DNA from: Planctomycetota bacterium
GTDB taxonomy: Bacteria > Planctomycetota > UBA8108 > UBA1146
Length of the DNA: 64,000 bases
NCBI GenBank assembly: GCA_016776905.1
Contig: JADHSM010000001.1
Location: forward strand, 112,691-176,690
Direction of reading: 5' to 3'
The notes beneath the pieces are model-generated. The model saw only the letters and a list, made by a program, of their open reading frames with translations, did not search any database and had not been told where the DNA came from. A program made the position numbers and the translations under genes. Numbering within the stretch: the stretch's first letter is position 1; each line of letters starts with the position of its first letter. Below, in pieces: positions 29,967 to 39,420 of this stretch.

Positions 29967-30113
29967 TCATTCCGCCAATTCTTCATCTGCTAGAATTGAA
30001 GCGCGGCACGCGGATGACTCCTCGCTGATCTCCATCCGCATCTCCAGAATCTTTCCCGAGTGGGGAAGTCTGGGTTTTGGGAACTCCCGTTCCTGTTTCT
30101 CCGTTACATCCAT
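29967..30113 (-). CDS. Putative 48-aa small protein (below the ORF-track cutoff)
   Basis: Manual translation MDVTEKQEREFPKPRLPHSGKILEMRMEISEESSACRASILADEELAE*. No clear RBS. Confidence 0.35.
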   Translation of the reverse strand: MDVTEKQEREFPKPRLPHSGKILEMRMEISEESSACRASILADEELAE

Positions 30114-30229
30114 TGTGTCGATGAAGGCTTCATTCACTTTCGGTATCTAAGAAGCTGTTGAAATGGTTTCTTGAAGTCGAAGTGAGTGTTGTATTGACAA
30201 TGTGAAGAATACATGAAGCACCGAGGGGA

Positions 30230-30258
30230 TTGACAAAAGCCAGTCTCCTTGCTACTTT
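30230..30258 (+). promoter_or_regulatory. Sigma70-type promoter with an extended -10
   Basis: TTGACA (30230-35), 17-nt spacer ending in TGc, then TACTTT (30253-58). Confidence 0.7.
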
Positions 30259-30263
30259 AATGT

Positions 30264-30325
30264 CCCACCTTTCAGAGCCCATGAGGCACTCCTGGTATCC
30301 TCTACCAGCAGTGCCTCTTTTTTTT
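30264..30325 (+). ncRNA. Candidate small RNA of about 60 nt
   Basis: Bounded by the promoter above and the terminator below. No downstream + strand gene. Confidence 0.55.
30283..30325 (+). terminator. Intrinsic terminator
   Basis: GAGGCACT-C-CTGGTA tcctc TACCAG-C-AGTGCCTC followed by T8. Confidence 0.88.
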
Positions 30326-30572
30326 AAAACAAACTCCTCTTTTTAAAACAAACCCCTCAGCCAAGGATTCCGTTTTATTCCGTTTGAATCCACACTCTGA
30401 TCCTCAGACGCTCAAATTTCAGAGATTCAGTTAAATATCGATTCAAGGGAGATAAATCGACCTTGAAGAACTCAAGAATCGAATTTTGAAAAGTTAGATT
30501 TTTGCGGGGAGTGAAGTCTCTCACGAGGACTTCTTGTCGATATCTCGGCTGGACTTCAGATCAGAAAACCGA

Positions 30573-31778
30573 TCAGAGCTGAGAGCCCCATGATTTTGCT
30601 TTTGAGATGAGTGCGTCGAATTGATCGCCGAGTGCATGGGTACGACTGTCCATTGGACTTTTAAAGAAGAGACCACAATGAGATTGCAGACCCGATTCGC
30701 CCCGGCGACGTGAAGTTTCAAGTAATCGGGCTAAATCTATCACCAGTGGGGCAGCAAGAATGGCGTCGCAACCCTGCCATGTGAATTGCATGGTCATGCG
30801 GTGGTCGAGGAATCCTGAGAAGTGAATCAGATCCCAAGCTGTTTTGTTGTCACCTAAGCTGGGAACGTAGTCGATGGATACTTGACTATGAACACCCTCA
30901 CCCAGGATCTCATGAATCAATTCTCCCTTAGAAGTAATTTTACTGGAGCGATTGTCCTCGTGTGAGAGAACTTCGCCATCGCGATCACCAAGCATGTTGT
31001 AACTTTGCCACGTTAAAACATTCAGTGCTCGTTGGGCAAACATCGGTGCCAGTGCAGATTTGACGAGAGTCTCTCCCGTTTTTCCATCGCACCCGCAATA
31101 AGCACATTGATGGGATTCCAACATTTCACGGGTGGCAGGAATGAGCGCTGCAGGTGACGGAGTAAAGTTCACAAAGGAAGCGCCGACCTGAGCAGATGCC
31201 ATGGCGTAAATTGTGCTCGATCTAAAGGCCTCTCTCACTCCGCTTTCAGCGGCTTCCAGTAAAGCTGTTGCCGAATCGTGTGAAGGGTGGTGTGGCAGAG
31301 GAGCTTCCGTCGAAGAGAGAACGACGACGACGAGGCCATTGAGTTGGTTTGATGCACGAAAATGGGTGAGGTCTGAGACGACCTTTGTGAGAGCCGCTCC
31401 TGGATCCATGTCTTCCACGCCGGGGAGGCGCTGATCCAATGATTGAATGGCTTCGCCTGCGTTGACGAGGATTCCGGGTTTGATTTCGGTGTCGACCTTA
31501 TCGAGCTCCTCGGAGAGAGCGCGAATCAAATCACCCGGAATACTGTTGCTGTCTTTTTCGATGGCTCGGGCACTCTCCTGAAGAGATCCCGTCCTGATCT
31601 CGTGGCCTCCAATGACGAACTCTTGAAGTTCGGGGAGTTCACAATTCTTAAAGACAGGGTGTTCAGTGATGAGTCCCGTGTGGGTTCTGAGTCCTCGACT
31701 GAGGGCAGCGAGACCTGTGATCACGGTGGTGGATACACCACCCCGTGCACCGACGAGCCATAATCCTGTTTTGCCCAT
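30573..31778 (-). CDS. ino1: Myo-inositol-1-phosphate synthase
   Basis: WLVGARGGVSTT, GGHEI, STE, FVNFTPS, DGKTGET, NMLGDRDG, DNKTAWD, DAILAAPLVIDL, FFKSP. Confidence 0.92.
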   Translation of the reverse strand: MGKTGLWLVGARGGVSTTVITGLAALSRGLRTHTGLITEHPVFKNCELPELQEFVIGGHEIRTGSLQESARAIEKDSNSIPGDLIRALSEELDKVDTEIKPGILVNAGEAIQSLDQRLPGVEDMDPGAALTKVVSDLTHFRASNQLNGLVVVVLSSTEAPLPHHPSHDSATALLEAAESGVREAFRSSTIYAMASAQVGASFVNFTPSPAALIPATREMLESHQCAYCGCDGKTGETLVKSALAPMFAQRALNVLTWQSYNMLGDRDGEVLSHEDNRSSKITSKGELIHEILGEGVHSQVSIDYVPSLGDNKTAWDLIHFSGFLDHRMTMQFTWQGCDAILAAPLVIDLARLLETSRRRGESGLQSHCGLFFKSPMDSRTHALGDQFDALISKAKSWGSQL

Positions 31779-31835
31779 CGGTTGGCCTCTCGAAGACGTA
31801 AATCCGAGACAAGTAATTTAAGGGAAGTGGGGGAA

Positions 31836-31851
31836 GCCTGCCGAAGCAGGC
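31836..31851 (-). terminator. cUUCGg hairpin after rpsU (terminator-like)
   Basis: Minus strand GCCTGC-TTCG-GCAGGC followed by a pyrimidine tract. Confidence 0.5.
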
Positions 31852-31868
31852 CCATCACATTGAGTTGC

Positions 31869-32096
31869 CTAGCGGCGACGGTGCTTCCTGCGAGTTTCTT
31901 TGATGGAGACCTTGCGATCTTTCTTACGCATCAGTTTTTCAAACTCACGTTGTTTACGTCGCTTTGCTTCAGAGGGCTTCTCGTAGAAACTTCTCTTTTT
32001 GATCTCCTTGAGGAGACCTTCTTTAGCGACCGTTCTCTTGAAGCGTTGCAGCAATTTTTCGGAGGTTTCCCCGCTGCGCATTGTTACTCGGATCAA
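31869..32096 (-). CDS. rpsU: 30S ribosomal protein bS21
   Basis: E..EK.L.RFKR...KEGLLKEIKKRSFYEKPSE. GAGGA RBS precedes TTG 32096. Confidence 0.92.
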   Translation of the reverse strand: MIRVTMRSGETSEKLLQRFKRTVAKEGLLKEIKKRSFYEKPSEAKRRKQREFEKLMRKKDRKVSIKETRRKHRRR

Positions 32097-32441
32097 GTCA
32101 GTCCTCTTTCTCTCACCCAAGGGCGAGATGCCGAAATCAATTTCAGCGTTCAAGATTTAATGAACCCGGGTGAATCCCCTAGAATTCACCGCAATGTAAA
32201 AGCCTTGTGAATCGGTCTGGATCGCCTATTGGGACCCCGATAGATCAGGCACGAACCTGAATTGTAGAGGATGCCTATTTGTGAGGCAAGAGAAGCAAGA
32301 GAATGCCTTTCCTATTCTGACTCTGGACATGAGAAGCGGAAGGCGGCAGGATCTGGCATTCACGGCTAATCAGGTCGCTGAGGGTGCAGGGAGTCATTCA
32401 TGGGCAGTTCAGGATCCTCAAAAGCAGAAGAGAGTCTCGCT

Positions 32442-34142
32442 ATGCCTGAGGGCGACAAAAGACCTCTCAGGCTCCAGAGACGCATCCTTCTTGCTTTTTT
32501 TGGGGGAGTTTTTGTCCCGATGGGATTTGATCCTTGGGGTTTGATCTTCCTGATGCCGGTGGGATTCCTGTTCTTGGCGATGGCGACGGATGGTCTCAAT
32601 TGGAAGCAAGCCTTACTCGTGGGTTGGGCCTTTGGCCTTGGAATCGAAGGTGCGTCGTTTCCTTGGCTGGCACAAACAGTGAACACCTATGTGGGTATTT
32701 ACGTTCTCGGTGAACCCCACTCATGGAAATCCTGGATCGCGGGGATTGGCGTCTTCATGCTGTGGTGGCCGCTCTCTTCTTTGGGCTGGGCACTGTGTTC
32801 GCTGCTCCTCAGTATGGCTCCTTGCTCGTCTGGATCTCGTCAGAGGATCTGGAAGTGTTTTGGAATCATGATTTTTGTGGCTTTATACGAGCAGTATTGG
32901 CCCCGAATTTTTCCGTGGTCCATCGGGTCTAGTCTCGCAACTTCAGAGCCTTCCGTGGGCTGGATGCTTCTTCGACAATGGGGTGCAGAGGGGGTGAGTC
33001 TTCTCATCGCCGCTTCCGGTTTCATGGCGGCTCACACGATTCTATGGGTACTGAGTGGGTGGTCTGAGGGGCGAAAAATCCAGACTTCGAGTCGTCTCTT
33101 GCTGCTGGTGCCAGCGCTCTTGTTGGCCTTTCTCCCTTATTTTTCTCTCTCTTCTGTGAGTGTCGAGTCGTCGGCGGCAACAAAAACGAGGGTTTTCTCT
33201 GTCGTTCAACCAGCATTCAGGTTGGAAGATCGTCATGGCCAAAATTATTTAACACAGTGGCAAAAACTCAGGGAGCTGGTTCAGGTGGCTTCCACCGACC
33301 TAGGGCCTGACGGATTGGTGATCTTGCCAGAGGGGATTCTCCCGGGATCACATTCCCAAGTCTCTTTGAGAGCATGGGCGACAGATTGGCTCAAGGTACC
33401 GTTGCTGACAGGGATGAGTTATGAGGTCCCTGAATCTGGTCGGTATGCCAATGCCGTCGCTCTGTTGACACCAGGAATCGAGACGCGGCCTCGAGGATCT
33501 TTAACGGTTCGTGTAGGGCTGAAAAAGGATCTGGTGCCATTCGGGGAAAGAATTCCGCTGGAGGGGTGGCTCAAATCGATGGGGATCCCACTTCCCATTC
33601 CGACATTCGTTGCCGGGACGGAGCCTGTTATCTTTCCGCTCGGAGGTGATTCCATGCCTCAGACGCTGGGTGTTTCCATCTGTTACGAAGGCATTCTTGA
33701 ATCCACCGCTTCCGGCCTGATAGACGGGGGAAGCCAAATTCATGTGAACGTGACGGAGGACCTCTGGTATGGCGATTACATCGAACCGAATCAGCATCTG
33801 CAATTGCAAAGATCACGATCGATTGAATCGGGATTACCTCTGGTTCGGTGCACAAATGCCGGATACAGCGTCATCTTTGATCCGCAGATGATGGACGCTC
33901 CGACACTAGAATCCACGCGTCGGTGGTTCCCGGAGACAGGATGGTCTCCCTGGAGTCGATATGACGGCAAGGGGGAAGTTCGTCTGACCGAGACGATCGG
34001 ACAGCAGGGCATCCTTCAGGCTCGATTGGGAGACGGAGGAGAGCTCCTTCAGGGTCCGCTTCTGAAGATCCCGCTGGGTGGGGCACCGTTATTGACTCTC
34101 ATCTGGGTGATCCAGGCTTGGATTCAGAGGAAAAAGCCCTGA
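32442..34142 (+). CDS. lnt: Apolipoprotein N-acyltransferase
   Basis: Multi-TM N-terminal half; nitrilase triad motifs ILPEG, KKDLVPFGE and ICYE; N-A-G-Y-S motif. Confidence 0.88.
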   Translation: MPEGDKRPLRLQRRILLAFFGGVFVPMGFDPWGLIFLMPVGFLFLAMATDGLNWKQALLVGWAFGLGIEGASFPWLAQTVNTYVGIYVLGEPHSWKSWIAGIGVFMLWWPLSSLGWALCSLLLSMAPCSSGSRQRIWKCFGIMIFVALYEQYWPRIFPWSIGSSLATSEPSVGWMLLRQWGAEGVSLLIAASGFMAAHTILWVLSGWSEGRKIQTSSRLLLLVPALLLAFLPYFSLSSVSVESSAATKTRVFSVVQPAFRLEDRHGQNYLTQWQKLRELVQVASTDLGPDGLVILPEGILPGSHSQVSLRAWATDWLKVPLLTGMSYEVPESGRYANAVALLTPGIETRPRGSLTVRVGLKKDLVPFGERIPLEGWLKSMGIPLPIPTFVAGTEPVIFPLGGDSMPQTLGVSICYEGILESTASGLIDGGSQIHVNVTEDLWYGDYIEPNQHLQLQRSRSIESGLPLVRCTNAGYSVIFDPQMMDAPTLESTRRWFPETGWSPWSRYDGKGEVRLTETIGQQGILQARLGDGGELLQGPLLKIPLGGAPLLTLIWVIQAWIQRKKP

Positions 34143-34160
34143 ATCGGATGGCAACCCGGG

Positions 34161-34188
34161 TTGACTAGCAGAAACAATGCCGTATCAT
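34161..34188 (+). promoter_or_regulatory. Possible sigma70-type promoter of rpoN
   Basis: TTGACT-16 nt-TATCAT, overlapped by the palindrome CAACCCGGGTTG (34152-34163). Confidence 0.4.
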
Positions 34189-34504
34189 CGAGAATTGTTG
34201 TAGATCACCATCAATAAACAACTTGTGATTCTTAAATAGGGCACAAATACGCTCAAATGTGGTCTCTAGCAAGTTTCAGGCCGTTTTTGTGGATATTTCT
34301 GGATCCGAAGTCGTGACATCTGCGTTTTCCCGATACCGGGACAAAATTTTCAACAGAATCACTGTTGTCATAATTGCCGTTGAAACGCTTCGGCGCTGGA
34401 CCGGCCCTCATCATTCACGGTGGCTGAATAGAGCCGGAGCCACTCCGAAATGCTCTTGAGCGTTTCTGAAGAATCTGGCCCATTTCAAGGAAAGGATCGA
34501 CGTC

Positions 34505-36052
34505 ATGAGACTGGATACCGGTCTTTTTCAACAGCAAACACAAAAGCAGATCCTTTCACCGCAAATGATCCAGTCGATGGAGATTTTGGTCCTCAATCAA
34601 CAACAGTTGGATGAGAGAATCTCCGAGGAATTGGAATCGAACGTCGCCCTCGAAAGAGAAGAGGGAAAGGATGCCGGTGAAGAACGCAGTGAAGGCTCCG
34701 GCGATACGGACTCTGGAAGCGCTGTCGATACCAAAGATAAAGATATCGACCTCTTTTCAGATCGTGAAGATCGACCCGAACCTGAAGAACTGCGAGATTT
34801 GGGAGAGAGATACGAGCAGCTTCACGAACTTCAACAGGCCGATTTTTGGGCTGAATCTGCTCCTCGAAAAAAGTCCTCGGTGGCCGGGGGCGAAGAGGAA
34901 TTCGAGTGGGTCAATCAAGTTGAAGGTCGGGCCGAATCACTCGCGGATCATCTCCTCTCTCAATTACGAATGGAGCCGATCCTCACGGAGAGGCAGAAAG
35001 CCATTTGTGAAGAAATCATCTTCAATCTGGATGAACGAGGTTGGCAACTGCACTCTCTCGATTCGATCGGGTCGAGTTTGGCCAAGGGAGCACTCTTACC
35101 GGAAAGTGATCCTCGTTTGAGCGAGACACCTCCAGCCACTTCTGAATTGGAAGATTCACTGAGGATTGTTCAAGGATTGGATCCTGCAGGAGTCGCCGCG
35201 GAAAACCTCGTCGATTGCCTATGCCTGCAACTTCATAGAGATCCTGGTGAAAATCAATTCGAGGAACTGCTGGTTCGACATCATCTCGAAGATATGGCTA
35301 AAAATCGTCTTCCACACATTGCGAAATCTACCGGTAGAACGATTGAGGAAATCAAAGATGCGCTGGAAGTGATCCGCTCTTTGGAGCCGAATCCCGGTCG
35401 ATTCTTCATACAGGTCGCAAACCCTCGCATCGTTCCGGATATTATTATCGAGCGTGATGTGGATGGAGTTTTCCATGCCGAAATGGATGGGCAGTCGACT
35501 CCCCGGTTACGAATTTCTCCGCATTATCGCGAACTGCTTCAAGGTGCAAAGAAAGACCCCGAGTTGAAGAAGTATCTCAAAAAGCATATTGAGAATGCCG
35601 AATGGTTGATGGGGGCTGTTCAACAGAGAAATTCCACTCTTCACCGAGTCGCGGAAGAGATTCTGAAACGTCAGCAGCCATTTTTCAGCGAAGGGGACCG
35701 TTTTCTCGCTCCCATGCGAATGCAAGAAGTCGCGGATGCTATTGGCATCAACGTTTCCACGGTGAGTCGGGCTATTTCAGGGAAGTGGTTTCAGGCGCCA
35801 GGAATGATTCGTGAACTGCGTAGTCTCTTCAGCGGAGGGACTGTGCGGGATGACGGTGCAGAGGAATCCAGAGGTGGAGTGATCGCACGAATCCAGGAAA
35901 TGATCGAAAAAGAGGATTCTAAAAAGCCTCTCAGCGATGCTCAAATCGTCAAAGAACTCGAGAAAGCCGGTGTTCGTATTTCGCGCCGGACAGTGACCAA
36001 ATACCGAGAAGCAGAGGATATTCCCTCCTCCCGAGAACGCCGCCAATATTAA
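34505..36052 (+). CDS. rpoN: RNA polymerase sigma-54 factor
   Basis: Gln/Leu-rich region I, LDPAGV, STVSRA HTH, PLSD and RpoN box SRRTVTKYRE. Confidence 0.96.
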   Translation: MRLDTGLFQQQTQKQILSPQMIQSMEILVLNQQQLDERISEELESNVALEREEGKDAGEERSEGSGDTDSGSAVDTKDKDIDLFSDREDRPEPEELRDLGERYEQLHELQQADFWAESAPRKKSSVAGGEEEFEWVNQVEGRAESLADHLLSQLRMEPILTERQKAICEEIIFNLDERGWQLHSLDSIGSSLAKGALLPESDPRLSETPPATSELEDSLRIVQGLDPAGVAAENLVDCLCLQLHRDPGENQFEELLVRHHLEDMAKNRLPHIAKSTGRTIEEIKDALEVIRSLEPNPGRFFIQVANPRIVPDIIIERDVDGVFHAEMDGQSTPRLRISPHYRELLQGAKKDPELKKYLKKHIENAEWLMGAVQQRNSTLHRVAEEILKRQQPFFSEGDRFLAPMRMQEVADAIGINVSTVSRAISGKWFQAPGMIRELRSLFSGGTVRDDGAEESRGGVIARIQEMIEKEDSKKPLSDAQIVKELEKAGVRISRRTVTKYREAEDIPSSRERRQY

Positions 36053-36284
36053 AAATCAAACGGGAAGCCCGCATTCCGGTTGGGCGAGATTAAATTCTGC
36101 GTTTCAGGCCCCAAATCCAACAATTTGAGACGCCTTTTTGCCCATGCTTACCCTGAGGAAGTCGACAATAAGGCACTCTTTGTATATTGCCACAGATGCA
36201 GTGATTTCCTGTTATGCTACCGGGATCCCAAATTTCCTCCCATGACGGGAGTTTAGACTTCATTTCCTGGAGACAACCCGACCG

Positions 36285-37232
36285 ATGATTGAGATCGAGA
36301 ACCTTTCTCTCTCCTTTGGAGATCGTCGAGCACTCGACGATGTTTCTTTTCATGTTCCCAAGGGAGCTGTGACAGGATTCATCGGAGAAAATGGTGCTGG
36401 CAAGACGAGTACATTCAGAGTTCTTACGACCTGGTTACTTCCTGATCCTGAAACCGTAAGTGTCAGAGTGGGGGGCATCGATCTTCTCAAAGATCCTCAT
36501 GCCGCTTGTTCTCGGGTGGGAGTCCTTCCCGAACAATTGGCACTGCCGGGTGAGCTTCGAGTCGATGAATATTTGAAATTCCGTTCTCGCCTGAAAGGTG
36601 TCTCTGGAAATCGTATTCATGATGAAGTCGTTAGGGTTCTCAATGCGGTCAATGCTCCTGAGATGATTCGCCGTCGATTGGATACCTTGTCACAGGGATA
36701 TCGTCAGAGAATAGGACTCGCGGATGCGCTATTGGGTGATCCTCCGGTTTTGCTTTTGGATGAGCCGACCCGTGGGCTAGACCCCCGACAAATCACTCAG
36801 TTCAGAGAATTGATCGATGGGTTGAGAGGCAATCACACACTACTTCTGTCGAGTCATGTTCTCGGAGAAGTGGAGCAAGTCTGTGATCGCATCTGTGTCA
36901 TCAGTGAAGGCCAGATTCGTCTCGAAGAAGACCGGGAAACATGGACGCAGAGACTGGATCAGCTCGGTCGATTGCACCTAGAACTGGATTGCCCAGACAC
37001 CAAGGCCAAATCACAGGTGACTCAATGGCTTAAAGAACAGCCGGAAGTCTCTGCTGTTGAAAATGAGGGTTCGGTCTGGAGTATTCAGGCGGATAGAACC
37101 TTGAGAACCCGGATCGGGAAAAAGGCACTGGACGAGAAGTGGATTATTCAGGAACTTCGAAGTGAACCCGCGACCCTGGAATCCCTATTCCTTCAGTGGA
37201 CAGGTCCGGAGAATAAAAAGGCACAATCATGA
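36285..37232 (+). CDS. ABC transporter ATP-binding protein (GldA-like)
   Basis: GENGAGKTS, LSQGYRQR, LLDEPT, SSHVL. Confidence 0.93.
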   Translation: MIEIENLSLSFGDRRALDDVSFHVPKGAVTGFIGENGAGKTSTFRVLTTWLLPDPETVSVRVGGIDLLKDPHAACSRVGVLPEQLALPGELRVDEYLKFRSRLKGVSGNRIHDEVVRVLNAVNAPEMIRRRLDTLSQGYRQRIGLADALLGDPPVLLLDEPTRGLDPRQITQFRELIDGLRGNHTLLLSSHVLGEVEQVCDRICVISEGQIRLEEDRETWTQRLDQLGRLHLELDCPDTKAKSQVTQWLKEQPEVSAVENEGSVWSIQADRTLRTRIGKKALDEKWIIQELRSEPATLESLFLQWTGPENKKAQS

Positions 37233-37960
37233 AGCGTGCCTATTTCCTTTTCCGTAAAGAACTGACCTCGATTTTTGTTTCACCTGTGGCGTGGATCATC
37301 ATGGTGCTCTTCACTCTCGTCATGGGAGCGAACTTGTACCTCTCGATGATTGCTGTCTCAGGAGACTTGAAGCAATTGGTCGCTGCGGGCTACGGCGGTT
37401 TGGTTTCATGGTTCATGTTGCTGGTGATACCACCCCTGATCACCATGAAGAGCTTGGCGGATGAGAATCGTCAAGGCGCGCTTGAGGTGTTGATGGTGAC
37501 GGGGATTTCCGATGCGAGTGTGGTGGCTGCAAAGTGGGCTGCCGCTTGGATTTTTTATGTCATTCTCTGGTGTTGTTTGCTTCCTCTATGGGGAATCTTG
37601 GGAATGGTGGGTGTCCTCGACACCGGAGTCTTGTTCGTGACCCATATGGGATTGTTCGTCGTGGGAGCGGCTTACTGTGCCAATGGGATTCTTGCTTCTG
37701 CACTCACGTCTCATCCTCTCGCCTCTGCGGGATTAGCATTCATGTTCAATGTGGGTCTCTTCATGATCCATTGGCTGAGGTTTTTCTTCCGACCGGGAGA
37801 CTTGGAATTGCTCTGGGTGGAATATCTCAGTGCGGTTCATCACATCGGTGATGAACTGACGCAGGGAATATTGGATATCAGAGTTTTTGTTTGGTGGGGT
37901 AGTTTCACTCTATTAACGCTCTTCCTCTCTGCACGGGTATTAGAGAGGAGACGCTGGTGA
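37229..37960 (+). CDS. ABC-2 type permease (GldF-like)
   Basis: KEL...F.SPVAW and P.ITMK..A.E...G.LE.L motifs; six TM segments. Confidence 0.88.
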   Translation: MKRAYFLFRKELTSIFVSPVAWIIMVLFTLVMGANLYLSMIAVSGDLKQLVAAGYGGLVSWFMLLVIPPLITMKSLADENRQGALEVLMVTGISDASVVAAKWAAAWIFYVILWCCLLPLWGILGMVGVLDTGVLFVTHMGLFVVGAAYCANGILASALTSHPLASAGLAFMFNVGLFMIHWLRFFFRPGDLELLWVEYLSAVHHIGDELTQGILDIRVFVWWGSFTLLTLFLSARVLERRRW

Positions 37961-39420
37961 CTTCAGAATTGACTCAACGAAGAAAAAAAGCTCGAAAACA
38001 CGTCGTCGCTCAGATTCTTTTGGCGTGCTGGTGTCTCTATGTTGTCAATGTTTGGGCGTTCCACACTTCCGTTCGAAGTGATTGGAGTTCCGATGGTGCA
38101 TTGACAGTTACAGAACAAGACAAGGAACTCGTGAGGAGTTTACCTGGTTCTGTTGAAGTGGTTGTTCCGCTCAATTTTGGACCCTCTATCGAAGATCAAT
38201 TGAGAACCAGAGTTCTATTGAAAGCGATCCGCTGGCTGGAAGAGCTGAGTGCTATTGCTCCAAACCGGTTGCAGCGACCCTTGACGATCGCCGTCAACAG
38301 AGAAGGCGATAAATGGGAGATTGAGAGACAAGAGTACAGTCCAGTTCTGGAAGTGGGAGATGTCGATCAGATCCATTTTTTCCATGATGGAAGAAGGCTT
38401 TCCCTCTCGGCAGAAGAACTGGCAGATTTTAAGTTTCCTAATGTCTTAGAACCTGAAAGTACTGCTGAAATTCTTGTCGATCGAAGTCGAGAGGTTGTTG
38501 AGGCTGCCTTGAGACAAGTGGTTAAGAAGGACTGGACTCGCGTACTCGTGAGTCAGGGACGCGGAGAACCTCCTCTGGATTCACGCCAAAGAAACTCACT
38601 TCGATTACTGAAAAAAGATCTTGAGATTCGGGGATCGATCGTTGATCCGATACGACTTTCCATCGAAGAGTCTGTGCCCAAAGAGTGCGATTTATTGATC
38701 ATTGTCGCAGGAGGAGAAGGTGCCTTCGTCCCATTCCGATCTTCGGTGGAGAGAGGGATTGAGCGCCAACTTGAAGCAGGAGGGGGTGTCGTGATCTTGC
38801 TACCTCCCGTGGGTGTTTGTGGACTTGAGGGTTTGATGGCCCGGCATGGAATCTCTGTAGAGGCAGGGCTCATTGCCGAAAACTTCCCTGTAAAGCAGGG
38901 AGTTGTTCGACCTCAGTTTTTAGGAGTCGGACGTCACCTCGATCCTTCACACCCCATTACTGCTCCTCTCAATCAGGAAAATTTCACGGCAGGGTTTTCT
39001 ACCGCAAGGTCCTTGTTGGTTGAGAAAGAGACAACAGGGTTGCTCTACACAGGCCCAGGAGCCTGGCTCGAAAGAGATCTTGGGGCACCTCGACGGGATC
39101 TCGATGAGATTCCTTCCCCAAAGGTTTTGGCAGCAGCGACTGAAGTGGGTGAGGGCAAGCTTGTCGTCATTTCCAGTTATTCAGCAGTCTTGCCAGATTT
39201 TTGGAAAGGAGACGTTCGTCGTTTCCTTCTTGCATGTTTTGATTGGGCTTCAGGAGAAGACATTCTTCCTCCAGGGTCGGGTCGAGAGCCGATTTCTCAT
39301 CAGATCGAATTGACTGCCGCGTTCAGGAATTCATTTTTCTGGACCAGTTTTCTCGTCTTGCCGTTCAGTGCATTGGCGGGAGGCCTGTTGGTCGCAGGGC
39401 TGAGAAGGAGAGGAGCATGA
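37957..39420 (+). CDS. GldG-like ABC auxiliary component
   Basis: N- and C-terminal TM segments; D.S, QGRGE, HPIT.PL and AWLE motifs; operon position. Confidence 0.75.
   Translation: MTSELTQRRKKARKHVVAQILLACWCLYVVNVWAFHTSVRSDWSSDGALTVTEQDKELVRSLPGSVEVVVPLNFGPSIEDQLRTRVLLKAIRWLEELSAIAPNRLQRPLTIAVNREGDKWEIERQEYSPVLEVGDVDQIHFFHDGRRLSLSAEELADFKFPNVLEPESTAEILVDRSREVVEAALRQVVKKDWTRVLVSQGRGEPPLDSRQRNSLRLLKKDLEIRGSIVDPIRLSIEESVPKECDLLIIVAGGEGAFVPFRSSVERGIERQLEAGGGVVILLPPVGVCGLEGLMARHGISVEAGLIAENFPVKQGVVRPQFLGVGRHLDPSHPITAPLNQENFTAGFSTARSLLVEKETTGLLYTGPGAWLERDLGAPRRDLDEIPSPKVLAAATEVGEGKLVVISSYSAVLPDFWKGDVRRFLLACFDWASGEDILPPGSGREPISHQIELTAAFRNSFFWTSFLVLPFSALAGGLLVAGLRRRGA

Noticed and set aside
29967-30325. 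Type I toxin-antitoxin interpretation of the small ORF plus sRNA
   Set aside because: The peptide is acidic and hydrophilic with no TM helix, and complementarity is only about 12 nt. Kept only as separate, weaker findings.
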